Notes: a model not told the origin generated them from the letters alone. Positions 1 through 13,380 are shown, numbered from the stretch's first letter. The stretch: DNA of 64,000 nt from Setoptus koraiensis (GCA_048013815.1 CM106585.1:14818001-14882000), one strand, 5' to 3'. Numbers and translations are program-made.

Positions 1-3000
1 CTAGCGGGCACAGGATGTTGTGGCCGTTATGCAAATTAAAGAAGCGAGGTGCACATCCACTAATTCAATTGAATTAGATCGCCAGTTAGAGGATAAGATA
101 AAACGTATATCGCACACAGCAAAGAGAGAGAGAGAGAGCGAAATCTGGCTGGCTGGTGGTCTCAAACTGGCCGGCATTGTTGGCCGACCAATTCGGGCCA
201 GTGTTGCTGTAAAGTCGCCCATTTGATCCATATTTCATTCGCTGTGTCACTCGGGGTGCTTTACTGTCACACGATTGCGCAATAATGATAATGATAATAG
301 TAATAATGACAATGATAATAACAACAACATTAATATAGGTTGCGCGGCCCGGTCGCAGCCTGTGCCCAGTTGGCTGTTGTAATAACGGCGCCGACTGGCC
401 GACTGGTGAGTGAGCACCCATTGCGTCACCACTTACGATCGCGCTATGCTAATGAGATTTATGTTTTGCAATTCGTTTGTTTGTTTGTTTATTGCTGCTC
501 TGACACAGTCTGTTCAACAGAGTCTGTTGTTTGCTGTTTGTTGTTGTCGGTGGTGGTGGTGTCATTGTGCTAGTCGCACAACAACGGCGCGATACTCGCC
601 TAATCTGGTCTCGAACGTCACCGAATAGGCGAGAATAATTAGCGAGATCTTCGAACCCGAACCGGCCGCAACGCCGCTCGTTAACCGGCCCGGTGCGGCA
701 ATTTAGAGAGGATGCGAGCGCCGTTTCCTTTGTCTTATCACGGCACGAGACGAGATTGCAGCGAGTGGCACACAATTGCAAGACATTAGACGCAAGCACA
801 AATACCTTTCGTGCTGCCGTCAGATTGTTCAACTCTTTGTTTATCGCGCTCTCGCATTCAAATATTGTAATTTCTTTAAAAAACTGTGAGCCAACAACTG
901 TTGTGAGAACTGGCCGCGTGAGGGGGCCGCTCAGCGAACCGCCGCTCGAAACGCCAAACTTTTGAGTGAAATGTGAATTGCGAATTGTGAACGAATTTCG
1001 AACGGCATTTCGCTCATGGCCGGCCCGTGCCAGTGGGCATCACTAATGACGCAACAGCAACGGCATATGTTGTTGTTGTCGGCGCTGTTCGGCGCTGTTC
1101 GAACCGTTCGAAGCGGCCCAAACAATGACTGCATCCTGTCTATGTTTGATCCAAATTGAACATGATGCGCCCCATTCCTTATTTATTTATATTTGACTTC
1201 TTTTTTGCAACAATCTCGCTACAATTCCTGACGATGCCAGCGCGACCCGCGCCAAGAAGTTACCTTCAGCCGACCGACTCGCTCTCGGGTTTGTTTGTGG
1301 CAATTGTGGCCCCATTTGACTGGTGACATGACGGCACTGGCACTATTAATTAAGTTTTGAGTATTATATTTGGCCCAAAATGGCTGCGCCTCATCTGCGC
1401 CTCAGCTGTGCCGCATGCCCGAACTGCGATGCGTTCGGGCCGGATCAAATCGGCCCACTTTTCGCCGTGTCGTGGCGCATTGTCGCAAACGGGCCGAAAG
1501 TTATCACCGTTGTGCATGTAAGTGAACCATTGTGTGTCTATTGCGTAACCTTAGTGCGTAATCGTGTTGCGCCGCAATACGGGCCGCAATACGGGCCGCA
1601 CAACAGCGTTACGTAACGTTGTCGCTGTTGCCAGTTTCGGCGCGAGCCGCTGCGAATGCGACTTACGTAACGCACGCTAGTTGCCTCGGACTGATCGCAT
1701 GCTGCAGTCGCTCGGCGGCAACTGCCAGTTGGGAGAGTTTGGCAAACTCAGTTTGCTAATGCAAATGTCAAATGTCGGTTGGTCGCCGATGCTCGCCGCC
1801 AGGCGCAAAACCCGAGCCCAACAGTCACCTGACTCTTGTACCATCTGCTGATAAACGCAATTAATTATTAGTTTCGGCGCCGTGCCGACGACGGCGCCAG
1901 CAACAACGACGCCAAGCTGGCACAGCCGCCAACAGTTGGCGAGAGGGCACACAAAAATTAAAAATTCAAAACGGGAAGAGAAAAAAGAAGGCGAATAGCG
2001 AAAAAAGAATTACAATAAATAAGTTTGCAAACATTGGAAGCGCTCGCTCACTAATTAGCGCGCTCATTCATTCATTTGGCCAAATGACTGGCAAACTAAC
2101 TGGCAAAAGGCACACACAAAAGGTGCAAAGACGGATAAGCGCTTGCGGCACGCAACCCAAAAGAAGCGGCCCAAAAGAATGCCAATTGTTGTAACAATAT
2201 CCACTCGGCTGGCTGGCTGGATATAACCGGGTGACCTTACTAGTCGCATTGTAACTGGTCGCATACGTCCAGTTATAAACAATCTATATTCCGACTCCAA
2301 TTAGCTCGCCAGCTCACCTTGTCGGCCAACAAGTGAGTTAGCTTTGGCTTGGGTGGCGCCACCTAGCGGCCGGTTCCTTAGCACAAATGTAAATTGATTT
2401 TGCGAATTGATTGGTGCCAACCACTGCCACTGATATAACGTCGTTGGCCACCAAGCGGTTATATCTCATCTCTGGAATATCGTAGCCATTTCAGCATTGT
2501 CCAGCCCTTTGGAGTCCAAAGTTTGGACTGTCCAAAGGGCCTAAACTTTGGCCCGAATCGAAGCTCTCGGGCAGAGGGCGCCCGAATCGAAGCTCTTGAG
2601 GCCCGAATCGGTGCCAGCTAAACTGATGATAAAGTGCCCAATGTTGTAGTCAGAATGAAAGTTTAATTCGGCATGGCTCACAATTGAAAATATCTCCGTA
2701 TAAAATGGCTCCGTCTAAAATAGCTCTGTGGCGACTGCAGCGCCATAGAGCCACTAAAAACGGCAAAAAGTGCTGCTACGATAAATAGGCCCCCACCAGC
2801 CAGCGAATAGATCATTTTGGCGCGTTGCACGGTGCTGTGCAGTGCTGTGCAGCGCGCAATCGGCCCGTCGGCCAGTGGATATGTTTGACACGGGCCCCAT
2901 GTTCGCACGTATCCGCTGGCAGATGACGTGCGGATATTTCAATTTGATGATGATGAAAGAATAGGAATTGATAAAAGTTTTTGATTAAATTTCTTTCTCT

Positions 3001-6000
3001 CGGGCCGCTGTGTTGGCCTGTTTCTGGTTGATTCTGGCTGGCAGTGGCGGTGGCGGCCGGCCCGAACTGGACAAACTGTTCCGAGTGGCGCGCCAAATTG
3101 TTAAAACTGCTCGAAGTGCTCGAACTGGCCGCTCGAACGGCTCCAAACGGCAAAAGTCAATGGCGAGTTCAATTGGAATTGTAAAATGTTCCAATTCGAA
3201 TTGAAATGTTGTCCGTTCGGACAGTCGAGGGGGCAGCACGGGGGAGCCCGTTGAAAAAATTGCTCCGGCTGGTCGCGTTGGCTGGTGGCGTTGGCTGATG
3301 GCGTTGGCTGTTTGTGTTGGCTGGTCGCGTTGGCCGGCCCGGCCGGCTGGTCGGGTGTCAGTGCGCGTTGTTCACTTTAATCAAGAATCAACATCAACTT
3401 CATCACTTCATTGTGTGTGTCAAACCGGGTGTCTGTTGACACGTCACATCAATTATTCCCTCCATATTACGTAATCACACACACGCACTCGCGCTCTTGC
3501 GCGACTTACAAACAACAAGCGCGCGCCACGAGCATCGTGCCCAACAACTCGCGCGCGCTTCGATTGACCAATGGCCAGTCGAACTGGGCCCCCCATTCAT
3601 GGGCCCATCAGCGCGCTGACATTGCCAGCGCCAAATGCCAAATGAAAGGAGATTTGCACACAACAAAGCGATTCGCGTGCCTGTTGGCGCGGGGCCCCCG
3701 TTTTTTGCGCCCGCTCTTTCAACTGTCAGACTTGTCTGTTTTATCAAACTTTCACATCCCCACGGAACGTTAATATTATTTGTGTGTGCCCGTGCCTGGC
3801 ACTGTCATATTTTAAAGTTGCTCCTTTCAACTTTGCACTGCACAACTCACACTGTCTCACTTTATACTGTCATACTCTCGCAGACACCTCGACGCTCGAA
3901 TCGAGACCCTCGATCGGCCCTCTCGAATTTGGCGCCACAAATTCGAGACACGGGCCCCACTGGTGCGACTTGAGTGCACCAGTAGCATTATTGGTATATT
4001 AACAAGTGACGCGGCTTGAAATATTACGGCGCAATAACTCATCGATTGTTTGTGGGCCCCCCCGGAACTCCATTGGACAACAACATTTAGCTAGCGTTTG
4101 GAATCATCGACAGTCTGACTTCATGCAGCCAACTTGCCATTTGGCCACAGTTGGCCAACACTTGACCCACACTTGCCGCCACAACGCGCCAACCGGAAAC
4201 TGTGCCGATGTAATTGTAACAAATTACCAATGAATGACCAATGACCAATGAATCGAATGACTGGTAATGCAAAGTTCATCATCACATTGCATCATACAAA
4301 GTTGAGCTGTTGTTCGTTAGCTCGTGTTAGTTGCGCAACTGACCACTGGCCGCTGCCCGATGGGTCAAGTTGCGCACATTTCGTGACTAAAACTGTTAAC
4401 TATGACGAGATGTCGATTGATCGGTTCTGCTACGACGGCTAACAAGACCCAAGTTATAAAAACAACACTTACCTGATGATTAATCTCCATTATTCACCTG
4501 TTGTGAGTGTTGTTGTCATATCTATTCTAATGTTATTATTGCTCAGCACTATTGTCGCGAATTGGTGCGTATTGCTTGTGTATTGTATGGTGAAATTGGC
4601 CACTTATTTGCTGCATCAATCTCTATACGATCGACAGTGTCTGTCCACTAGCAAAGCGAGCTTCTATTGCACTTTTCTCCGTCTGTCTAAACGTTGCTCT
4701 GACTGACCATTGACTTATTGTTATTATGTGATGGCACGTTCACTGATATTTCATATTCGAGCTCATTGGGTTATATTGCGGTTATATCGCCAACTGATCA
4801 CCTTGATCCACTTGAGCGATTTGTGATGTTCAGCGATGAGTCTAGTTAGATCTCTCACCTGCGCATAAGGTTTGAATTGGGTACGATGTCGGCTGTATTG
4901 CACGCTCAGGTTGCACTTGTTTCTTGTTTGGATTGGGGCCGATATTTGTTGTCACTTGATGGTTTGATTCGTTTATTGCAGCATTTTGCCCCCAAAACAC
5001 TGGTCAATTTACCTGCAGACTTGTCCACGTCCACGTACATGAAACTGTAAGTTTGTGTGTGTGTGTTGCAGCCAAAAAGCAAAAACTTATCATTAACCAC
5101 TCAATCAGTTTGCAGTTATAATGCCAGTGATACGCTCATTGATACGCGCTCAGTGTTACGTCGACGTGGGCCCCGCTTGCCGGGCCCCAATCTAGTGCAC
5201 ACACGGCACAGCATTGTTGTGCGCAGCTCATGCGCTCTCGATAAATCGATGCAAACATGCTCATGTGCGCACACTTGTTTGCTCGCGCCACAAAGTCATC
5301 GGATCGCGCGTAGTGGGGCCGCTCGATCAATTTACAAGCCGATCTATCGTCCATTGGTGATTGACTCGCTCAAACTCGAAAATTGGCAATTGACGGACCG
5401 AATCAGGTGACTTGTAATCAGCTGATTGCGACCAGTTTCCGCCTGGGGCCAAACACACACGCACTGTGTGAGTCGCACAGGCTAGTTGACAGGTAAGTCA
5501 ACAATCGACAGCTGACAGTTACAGTTGACAGTTGGCACTGTCAGCGAGACGCGATCGGGCGCCATCGACGCGCAGGTCAATGCCAATTGTCGCCACGATA
5601 ATCGGCTGACAATTGCGCAACGGATTCGATGAAATCAATTGCCCGTCTTTGGTTTGGTTTATGTGGCGTCGTGTTGTCTGCACGAGGAGCGCGCAATCGA
5701 GTCGAGACTCGCGTTATAGGACACCGTGCGTCATGCGCGCCTCGGCGGGCCCCTCGGATTGGGATCGGATCGGATATTGGACGAGATTGGCTGGCGATGG
5801 CCTATACGCAGCGAGCCCTTGCGGCAATTGTGTGCGTCAGCGATCAGCTGTGTCATTGTCCGGCGAATCGACTGTTGTTTCATTTGCGGCCAAGGTGCGC
5901 GTATAGGCTCACCACTGGCCGGCCGCTCGGTGGCGCGGTTGTCGTTGCTGTTGTTGTTGTCGTGGTTGTTGTTGTTGTTTGCGCTGGCGGGCGCACTGAG

Positions 6001-6959
6001 AAAGTTTGCCTGTCATTGTTGAGATTGGTTGTGCCGTTATTTGACATTGACAGCCACTGACAGCTCCACGGACAGTGCAAATTGAAAGCAGCGCGCGCTA
6101 TCGGCCGAAATGATGCCGCAACAACCGGCCCGAACCGAGCCGAGCCGAACCGGATCAGATCAGATATGCGGCCTCAATCAAACGACAACTGGCCGCGCGA
6201 CGCCCACTCACATTGCGGCCATCGCAATTGCGGCGATACCATCTCTGTGAGCCGCTGTCCGTCCGTCTGTCTATGTGTCCATTCTTCGCTCGCTGTCGTT
6301 CCGTTATCCGTTGCGCAATTTGAATCCATTGCGCCCGGGTCTGGCCGCCCGACAGCAACGAGGCCGGCCGCGGTGACACGTCGGACGGGCGCACGGGCAA
6401 ACGTCAAGCGGCCATCGTCGGCGCAAAGTTGAACAAAGCGCCGAAACAAATCGGAAATTGTCTAACCCTACAAGCGACGACTATCAATGCCCAGTTTGCA
6501 TGTTTGTGTTGCCAAATAATATCAGCGCGGCGCTGCCCACTGACCACTGACACCAGTCGATTATACGACAACTTGGCTTCTCACGCCGCCGCCGACCGGC
6601 CCGCCGGCTGCCGTGGGGCCCCTTCGCTGCCTGCGCCGGCCGCCGATCCGACGGCCCCCGATGCGAGGGCTTCCCGCGGCCTCGAATATCTGGCCTGCGC
6701 GCGCTTCGGATGTCGGGCTGGCTCGCTTGAGTGACGGGTCGCCGTTGTCGTCAATGGTTCCCGCTGTGTGCGCCGACATGCCGTGATGGACACCGCCGAC
6801 TGCGAAACTCAAAAACAACTCCGACGCCGCCGCCGCCGCCCCAAATCGCCGCGCATCAGTCCGGGGGCCCGACGCGCCGGGCACACTGGACGCACTGGAC
6901 ACACGGGGCACACGGGTCGGCCGGCACGAGTCGGCCGTGCACGTGATACCGCTGTCCGC

Positions 6960-7019
6960 CAGTTTTGTCGGCGACCGGCAGTTTTGTCGGCGACCGGCAG
7001 TTTTGTCGGCGACCGCCAG
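6960..7019. repeat. Minisatellite, 19-bp unit cagttttgtcggcgaccgg x3
   Basis: Directly visible. Confidence 0.95.
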
Positions 7020-7082
7020 GGTGCGATTGGTCGGCTGCCCGGCCGGCCGCCTGGCCGCTCGCTCGCTCCTCCCGCGCCAGCC

Positions 7083-7200
7083 CTCGCAAATACCACAACC
7101 ACCGCGGCTAACACAACTACCGCGGCTAACACAACTACCGCGGCTAACACAACTACCGCGGCCGACTCGACTACCGCAGCCGGCACAACTGCCGCCAATA
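7083..7200. repeat. Minisatellite, 18-bp unit accgcggctaacacaact (3 perfect plus degenerate flanking copies)
   Basis: Perfect units at 7101, 7119 and 7137. Confidence 0.95.
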
Positions 7201-9175
7201 CCCGCGAGCCGGCCCAATAGCTGTGTGCCGCTTTGCTCGGGCAATGTTGGTGGCGAGCACGTGCTCATCGCGACGAATATTGCCCGATATCGCGACGACA
7301 GTGCCGCGACGACAGTGCCGCGACGCGGGCATCGCGCAATAGAGGCGCATCAGGCAGCGCGCCGCCGTCGCGCAAGCCGCAACGCGCACGGGCCGCGCCG
7401 CTGTCCGGTCCGAGTGCGCCCGCATCACGCTACGGGCACGCTCGGACCGGCGCACCGGACCGGCAGCCGCGGCCGCATACCGACGCGCCTCCGGCGAGCT
7501 AGCGCAACCCGGCCGAACGTTTGGACTTGTGAGCGGCGAAAAGGAAATCGGTATCGCACAAAAGCGTGTCGCTTGCATACTCAATGAATCACGGCCCGGA
7601 TCATTGAGTGATCACCTTATTTTTGTTCTTTTTTTCATTTAATTCAACCGGCCCGACACTGTTGGCCGAACAGTGGTCATTGTTGGCCCTAACAAGTCAA
7701 TTTTGATCGTCATCGCGGCGCCGTTTGTTGGCGCATACGCGCGCTGTATGTGCCGTGTTTATACGCGCAGTGTGGCGAAAATAAAATTTTCAATTTCTTT
7801 GGGCGCCGCTGTCCAGCCCGACGGAGGGGTGCTCGTGGCATCAAAGAAGCTGACGATGATAAAGAACGCGAGCACGACAAGAAAGAGGCACAACAATATG
7901 ATCTGATCTGGCCGGCAGTGGCCGGCGCTCATCAATCTATTCGCTGGCATGTCCGTTAAAAGCGAGTTGGCGAGTGACAAGTTACGTCACAAGTTGCGCG
8001 CATCTCATTCTTCACTTGTGTGCCAGTTGCTCGTGAGCGAGTTTGCTCATCATTTTATCTCTCTCTCTCTCTCCCCTAGCTTTGGGGCCCCTTTCAGCTG
8101 TGCGCCTCCAATCTGCAACAAACGACGCGCGATCAAAAGTGATCAACTTATCTTCTTTTTAGTTAAACTTTTTAAACACCCACAATGGGCGCTCATTGTG
8201 CGTGTGCGTGTCACTTTTAAATGACACACAATGAATGATGAAGATGACAGGGCCCGTTAGATTAGGCTGACCGGCGCGTTATCCGACGCGCGCCCCACCG
8301 GCGCCCATCACCAACAAAGATCGATGTCCAATCTATTCTCTGCTCTCTATTGTTGATACCTTTCATTCAATCGTCGCACGTTGCGCGTTCAACGCGCCGC
8401 CCAGCGGGCCCCACCGACGCCGAGCGGGCCCCACTGAACGCAAAAACGGTAGCTTTTGTGGGCCCGATTCAACGGCGGCGGCAGCAGTTTTGGTCAGCTC
8501 GCCGAAATCGATCAATCAGATTGACCAACAAGCTCGGCGATATTTGTTTTGCACATTTAATTTTATATGTTGTGTGTTATCAGTGGCGCTCTCTGTGCCG
8601 AATGTGCTTGTGTGCGCCTTTTGTCGGCCGCACACAAGCTTTGCGAACGGGATACAATGCATTGCTCAGCCAGTTGCCGGCTGGGGCCCACCGCTGAACA
8701 GTTGGGCACAGTCACAACAGTGTGCGCGTTGCGCCTGGGGCGCCTGGCGCGCATTCCACCAGGGCGCACAGCGAGCAGAAGGAGTGGATCAAGTTCAATT
8801 GAGCGTGCTCAGCAGCAATTCTTCTCCGGTTGTGTCGTGCCGGTGCAACCGTCTTGCCAGACACAACCTATAATGTGCAAGCCAGCCAGCCAGCCAGACA
8901 GATAGGCAGCCATCGAATCGGCCAGCTCATAAATAATATATAGACAGCCCGATTGGTTAGCTGCGTGGCCCCCTCAATCCTATAAGTGGGCCGAGCTGGG
9001 GCCGGCAAGCTGACACCTATATGCGCCGTGTAAGAGCGTGATTGATTTGATTGGTCGCATTCAATTCGATGCGCATATATGATTGGCTGCTTCTATTCAA
9101 CTTGGGCGAGCTTTGCCTTTGGTTGCGTCATCAATTTTACATATAGCAACGTTAGTGTGAATCGCGTTACGTAAT

Positions 9176-9290
9176 GCATTTATATATATTACATATATAT
9201 TTATATATTACATATATTTATATTTTATATATATTTATACATTACATATATTTATATTTTATATATATTTATATGATACATATGATATTA
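9176..9290. repeat. Almost pure A/T (TA-rich) island
   Basis: About 115 bp with very few G/C and internal duplications such as attacatatatttatattttatatatattta. Confidence 0.95.
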
Positions 9291-9590
9291 CGCAACGCAT
9301 ATCGCATTGCCCTGTTACGTAATATGGTGCGATTTGAGTGGCGAGCTCGCGCGGCGCCAATATGTGACCTGAAGACTTGATTTGTTCGTTGGCACTGTCC
9401 GTGCTGTCTGCGCCGAAACATATGCCACAGTGACTGTCGCATATGTTTCGGCCGGGGGTCACGTTGTTGTCAAGTTCGCAGCTTGCTCAGAATTGTCGTG
9501 TAAAATATTTAAATTTGGCTTGCCCAGCCTATGACGCAAGCAACGTGCATGCAAACATACGTGTGTTATGCACACGTTATGCACATGCCA

Positions 9591-9649
9591 GGGGGCCCAC
9601 GCGAGCTCACGGGGCCCCACACAAGCTCACGGGGCCCCACATAGGCTCA
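9591..9649. repeat. 20-bp tandem repeat x3 (cggggccccacacaagctca-like)
   Basis: Directly visible. Confidence 0.9.
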
Positions 9650-12600
9650 AATGATTGGCTGGCGCTAAAAACAAAAAACTAGCCAGATTTATGTTTGAAT
9701 GTTTTGCCGTTACGATTACGGTTTTGTCATCGTCGTTGCATTGCCACTGGCGCACATTGCTGCATCGCCGTGTTGCAATGTATCTGTTATGCAATAACGG
9801 ATAATGTATTTGCACACACACACACTCACGACACAACACACGGTCATTGCAACCGTTGTATTACGCAACAACAATTGCGAAATACATTGCGTCATTGGCA
9901 ACAATACCGACACTGTTCGATAATCATTCTATTGCAATGTTATCTGTTGTCGTTAGTGGGCCTCAGTTTGGGCCAGTTGAGTTGTTGCCGGTTGACTTTT
10001 GGGCCCAAACAACTCAACAGCCCGCCGAAAGGGGCCCCACCGACTCTTGCCACTGGCCCAAAGTCGCAAAGTGGGCGCGTTTTGTTTGCAACCGGTCCGG
10101 CATCTTGCACAGTTGTAGTTGCAACGGCAAAGAACTTGTAACTGTAAGTTACATCAATTTTGGAGAGACGATGCATCATCGCAAGTGACACGACAAACAT
10201 GGCAAAGTTTTAGGTGAGGGCGCGCGAACAGGATGAAAACAGCACCAAAAAGTAACCGAACGCCGGCGCCTTGTGTGAACGGGGGCCGGCCAACAAAAAG
10301 AAAAGAAACAACAAAATGCAATGGAAATATCTAATAATTTATATACGCGCTCCGTGACCGGCAACACTGACCACCGACATGGCCGCTTTGGGGCCCCTGA
10401 CGTGATGCGCTCGTGGTCGCATATTGGCCGCGGCTATTGTCGCCCATTATTGCCAGCCCATTGTAAGGACGGGCCGAATCAAGAGAGGCGACAACGAGGG
10501 CGCCGATTCCGGCTCGAGTGCGTGCTGGCATCACATTTGATTTGGCCCAAAACAATAGTCACACCAACTTGACAAGCAGCCAAGAAGCGCGATATGAAAT
10601 GAATATATTATGCTCGCCGAATTGGACATCGCGCACACATGTGAATCTATTATTATTGGCCTCATTATCCGATTCAAAGTTGGCCGGAGGGGCGCGCTGC
10701 AGCGCGCCGCTACAATGTTGTCGCCGAGTTGTTGCAGAGGCGCCATCGGGCGCCGGTCAATCACGGGCCTGTCATAGGCCGATCGTCACTTGCGCCCAGC
10801 AGTGGCACAGTTATTTGATGAGCGCGCGCGCGCGCGCGATTATCTCTAGCGGGCTCGCTGGGCCTCGCCGGGCCCCACTGGCTCGGCCCGATTGATGGCA
10901 CATGTGCACATTGATGAATATCCGCACAGTGCGGCTATTCGGCGGATGTTCACGGTGCCAGACGGCGCCGACGAAAGAGACAAAAGTTAATTGGAACTGC
11001 GTGTGTGTGTGTGTGGCGACAATTGCAGCGACAATTAACGTTGCCAGTCGGACGGGTCTGCAGTTGTCAGAAATGATGGGGCCCCGTAAGTGAGATCGCA
11101 TGCAGTTGAGAGCAGGCGAAATTATGTTGTGCGGGGCGCGCCATTGTCGCGCCGATGGCAGCATCAGTTATTGCGTCACAATGCTGATAATTGACAATTG
11201 CGAATTGAGTCAGGCGCACCAACGAACACGAATGCCAGCCGCTCGATCCGCTAGATTGGTTGAATTTGCGGATTCGCGGGATTCGCTAGATTCGCCGCAT
11301 CGGTCGGGTCTCGCATCGGGCAGCGAGCGCGGGGCCAATCGAGAAAAATGGGGCCCGGCAGCAGCAGCGAGCGGGTGGCGAGCGAGCGACAGAGTTATTT
11401 TTAAATTGGTAATTGCTATTAGTGACACGCCGAGCGGGCCCCTCTTTAATTGGATTTGTCGGCAGCGTTGTTTGCATCGTTAGATTGTTGCAGATAAACA
11501 GCGACTGACAACAGTAGACAGCGAACGGGCTTGCAACAACTTAATCTCGAATTAGAATCATCGATTTGAATCAAACTTTGCCCTTTTGCCATTGTCGCGC
11601 TATCTGCTGTTTTTGAGCGGCGCTCCAATTTATTCAAAAGAGCAGCTTTATTCACACACAAATACCCAAATATCCGTCGTGGCGGCCCCATTGCCAATGT
11701 GCGACTTTTGCACTCTGGCTGCCAGAGTCTGGCACGCCGATCCGACAGCTAAATAGCTAAAAAGCCATAATGATATCGCCAGTAATAATGGCAATAATCA
11801 GCCAGCCAGCCAGCATCGCCAAAAGCGTGATGCTCGCTGGCGTGTTGAGGCCACCACCGATGATATAATACAACTATAATGCTCGCTGTAATGCGCTGGC
11901 CATTCAAGCGAGCCCTCGCGACGGGCCGCCAAATGGGTCGATGAGGCACCTTGGCAGCGGCGTGCCCATTGGCCCGTTGATTTGCATGCCCATTTGCATC
12001 GGCAATCCGATTTGAGTGCTTATCGCGACCACCTAACCGCCATGCAAACAACTGATGCGTAGTTGACTGGTCCACCGATGACGACAATCGATGGATATCA
12101 GCTCTTATCAGTTATTATTTGTGTAAAATCACACAGCGCGTTGCACTAACACCACACCGAATCGCAAATGTTGTCAAACAGCAAACCACGATATTGCTTT
12201 TATTATCATGTGATTACACACGTTGCGTAATGCAGTGCGTGGGGCGCTGGCTCGCCGAGGCCCCAAGATAGTCCGAGAAGAACAAATAGAAACAACAAAA
12301 ATCGCGTGCTTTGTCTCAATAACAAAATCACACGATAAAACATGAAAATTTAAATATTGCACCATTCGATGCAGCGCACCGATGAGTTTATTTTGGGGCC
12401 GAATGCGGCAAATCGCGCAGCCCGTCACAGTTCGAGTCGCGTATGCTGGGGCCCTGTTTTGTTATTCAGCGGCGGCGGCATGCGGAACATGCGGATGGCC
12501 ACAGATCGCCACAGATCGCCCGTGTTGAGTTGGAAAGCTTGTGAGAGAGGGATCGCGATTGGCGGATGGCCGCCAACGAGCGCAAGCGATCGCCAACGAT

Positions 12601-13380
12601 CGCCAACGGATGCCCAAAACGGCGCCTCATCGATTGTCGCCGCAACGTGGCCACCATCGAGGCCCGGACTTTCAAACGGTTCGAATCAAACTGTCTAGTT
12701 CGCGAGACATGAGACGTATGTCAACAGAAACAATGCAATATTATCATCCAAGCGACCGGCTCATTTCCTCTATTCGAGCAGCTTCCACGCAACCGGATGT
12801 GTTGTTGGGGTTCGATTTGAGGTCAGATTAAGTGTCACGTTGGCCCTGTGACAGCAAAGCAAACAATCGTCATGTTTATCGTGCAACTCAGCACTGACGT
12901 TGCCCGGCTCCGACAAGCGTTTTGAAAGTTTGATTGGATGCCAGAGTGGCCACGACTTGTGAGTCACAAGTCGCGAGCACTGCCGAAATGCAGCAGATAT
13001 TCGGCAGACATTCGGCGGACATTCGCCAGATATCCGGCCGAGGGGCGACATTCAATCGCGTCGGAGCATGGTTGGCATAATGGGCGCGTTTGGTGCTGGC
13101 CAAAATCAAAGAGTCAGCGAATCAAGCGAACGGTCAACGGTGGCAATAATCAGCAATAACGATCATGTGTCCAATCATTTATCCATCACACACATTATGC
13201 CAGCAGCACCGTGCAGCGGGCTAATTACCTCGAAAAGGCGCCTCAAAAACGTTGGCTGGCCCACAAAAACAATTGCAACAACGTGCAAGTGGCCAAGTCG
13301 GTCTGTAATTGCTCTTATATGCCTTGTTGTGACAACTTTCTAATTGCCATTTGCCAGAATCGCCCACTGAGCGGCCCCTC

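Larger units (their letters stand above)
274..12231. promoter_or_regulatory. Cluster of C/EBP / PAR-bZIP-type palindromes RTTRCGYAAY
   Basis: Exact matches at 274, 1540, 1608, 3466, 4330, 5612, 6310, 9166, 9287, 9314, 9860 and 12222. Function is inferred only. Confidence 0.5.

Noticed and set aside
4465-4476. Resemblance to the U1 snRNA 5' end (ACTTACCTG)
   Set aside because: The match stops after about 9 nt with no U1 stem-loops or Sm site; better read as a minus-strand splice donor.
7797-7959. Exon-like frame ...IKEADDDKEREHDKKEAQQYDLIWP... after a CAG
   Set aside because: Short, no family match, and no partner exon identified; cannot be supported without RNA data.
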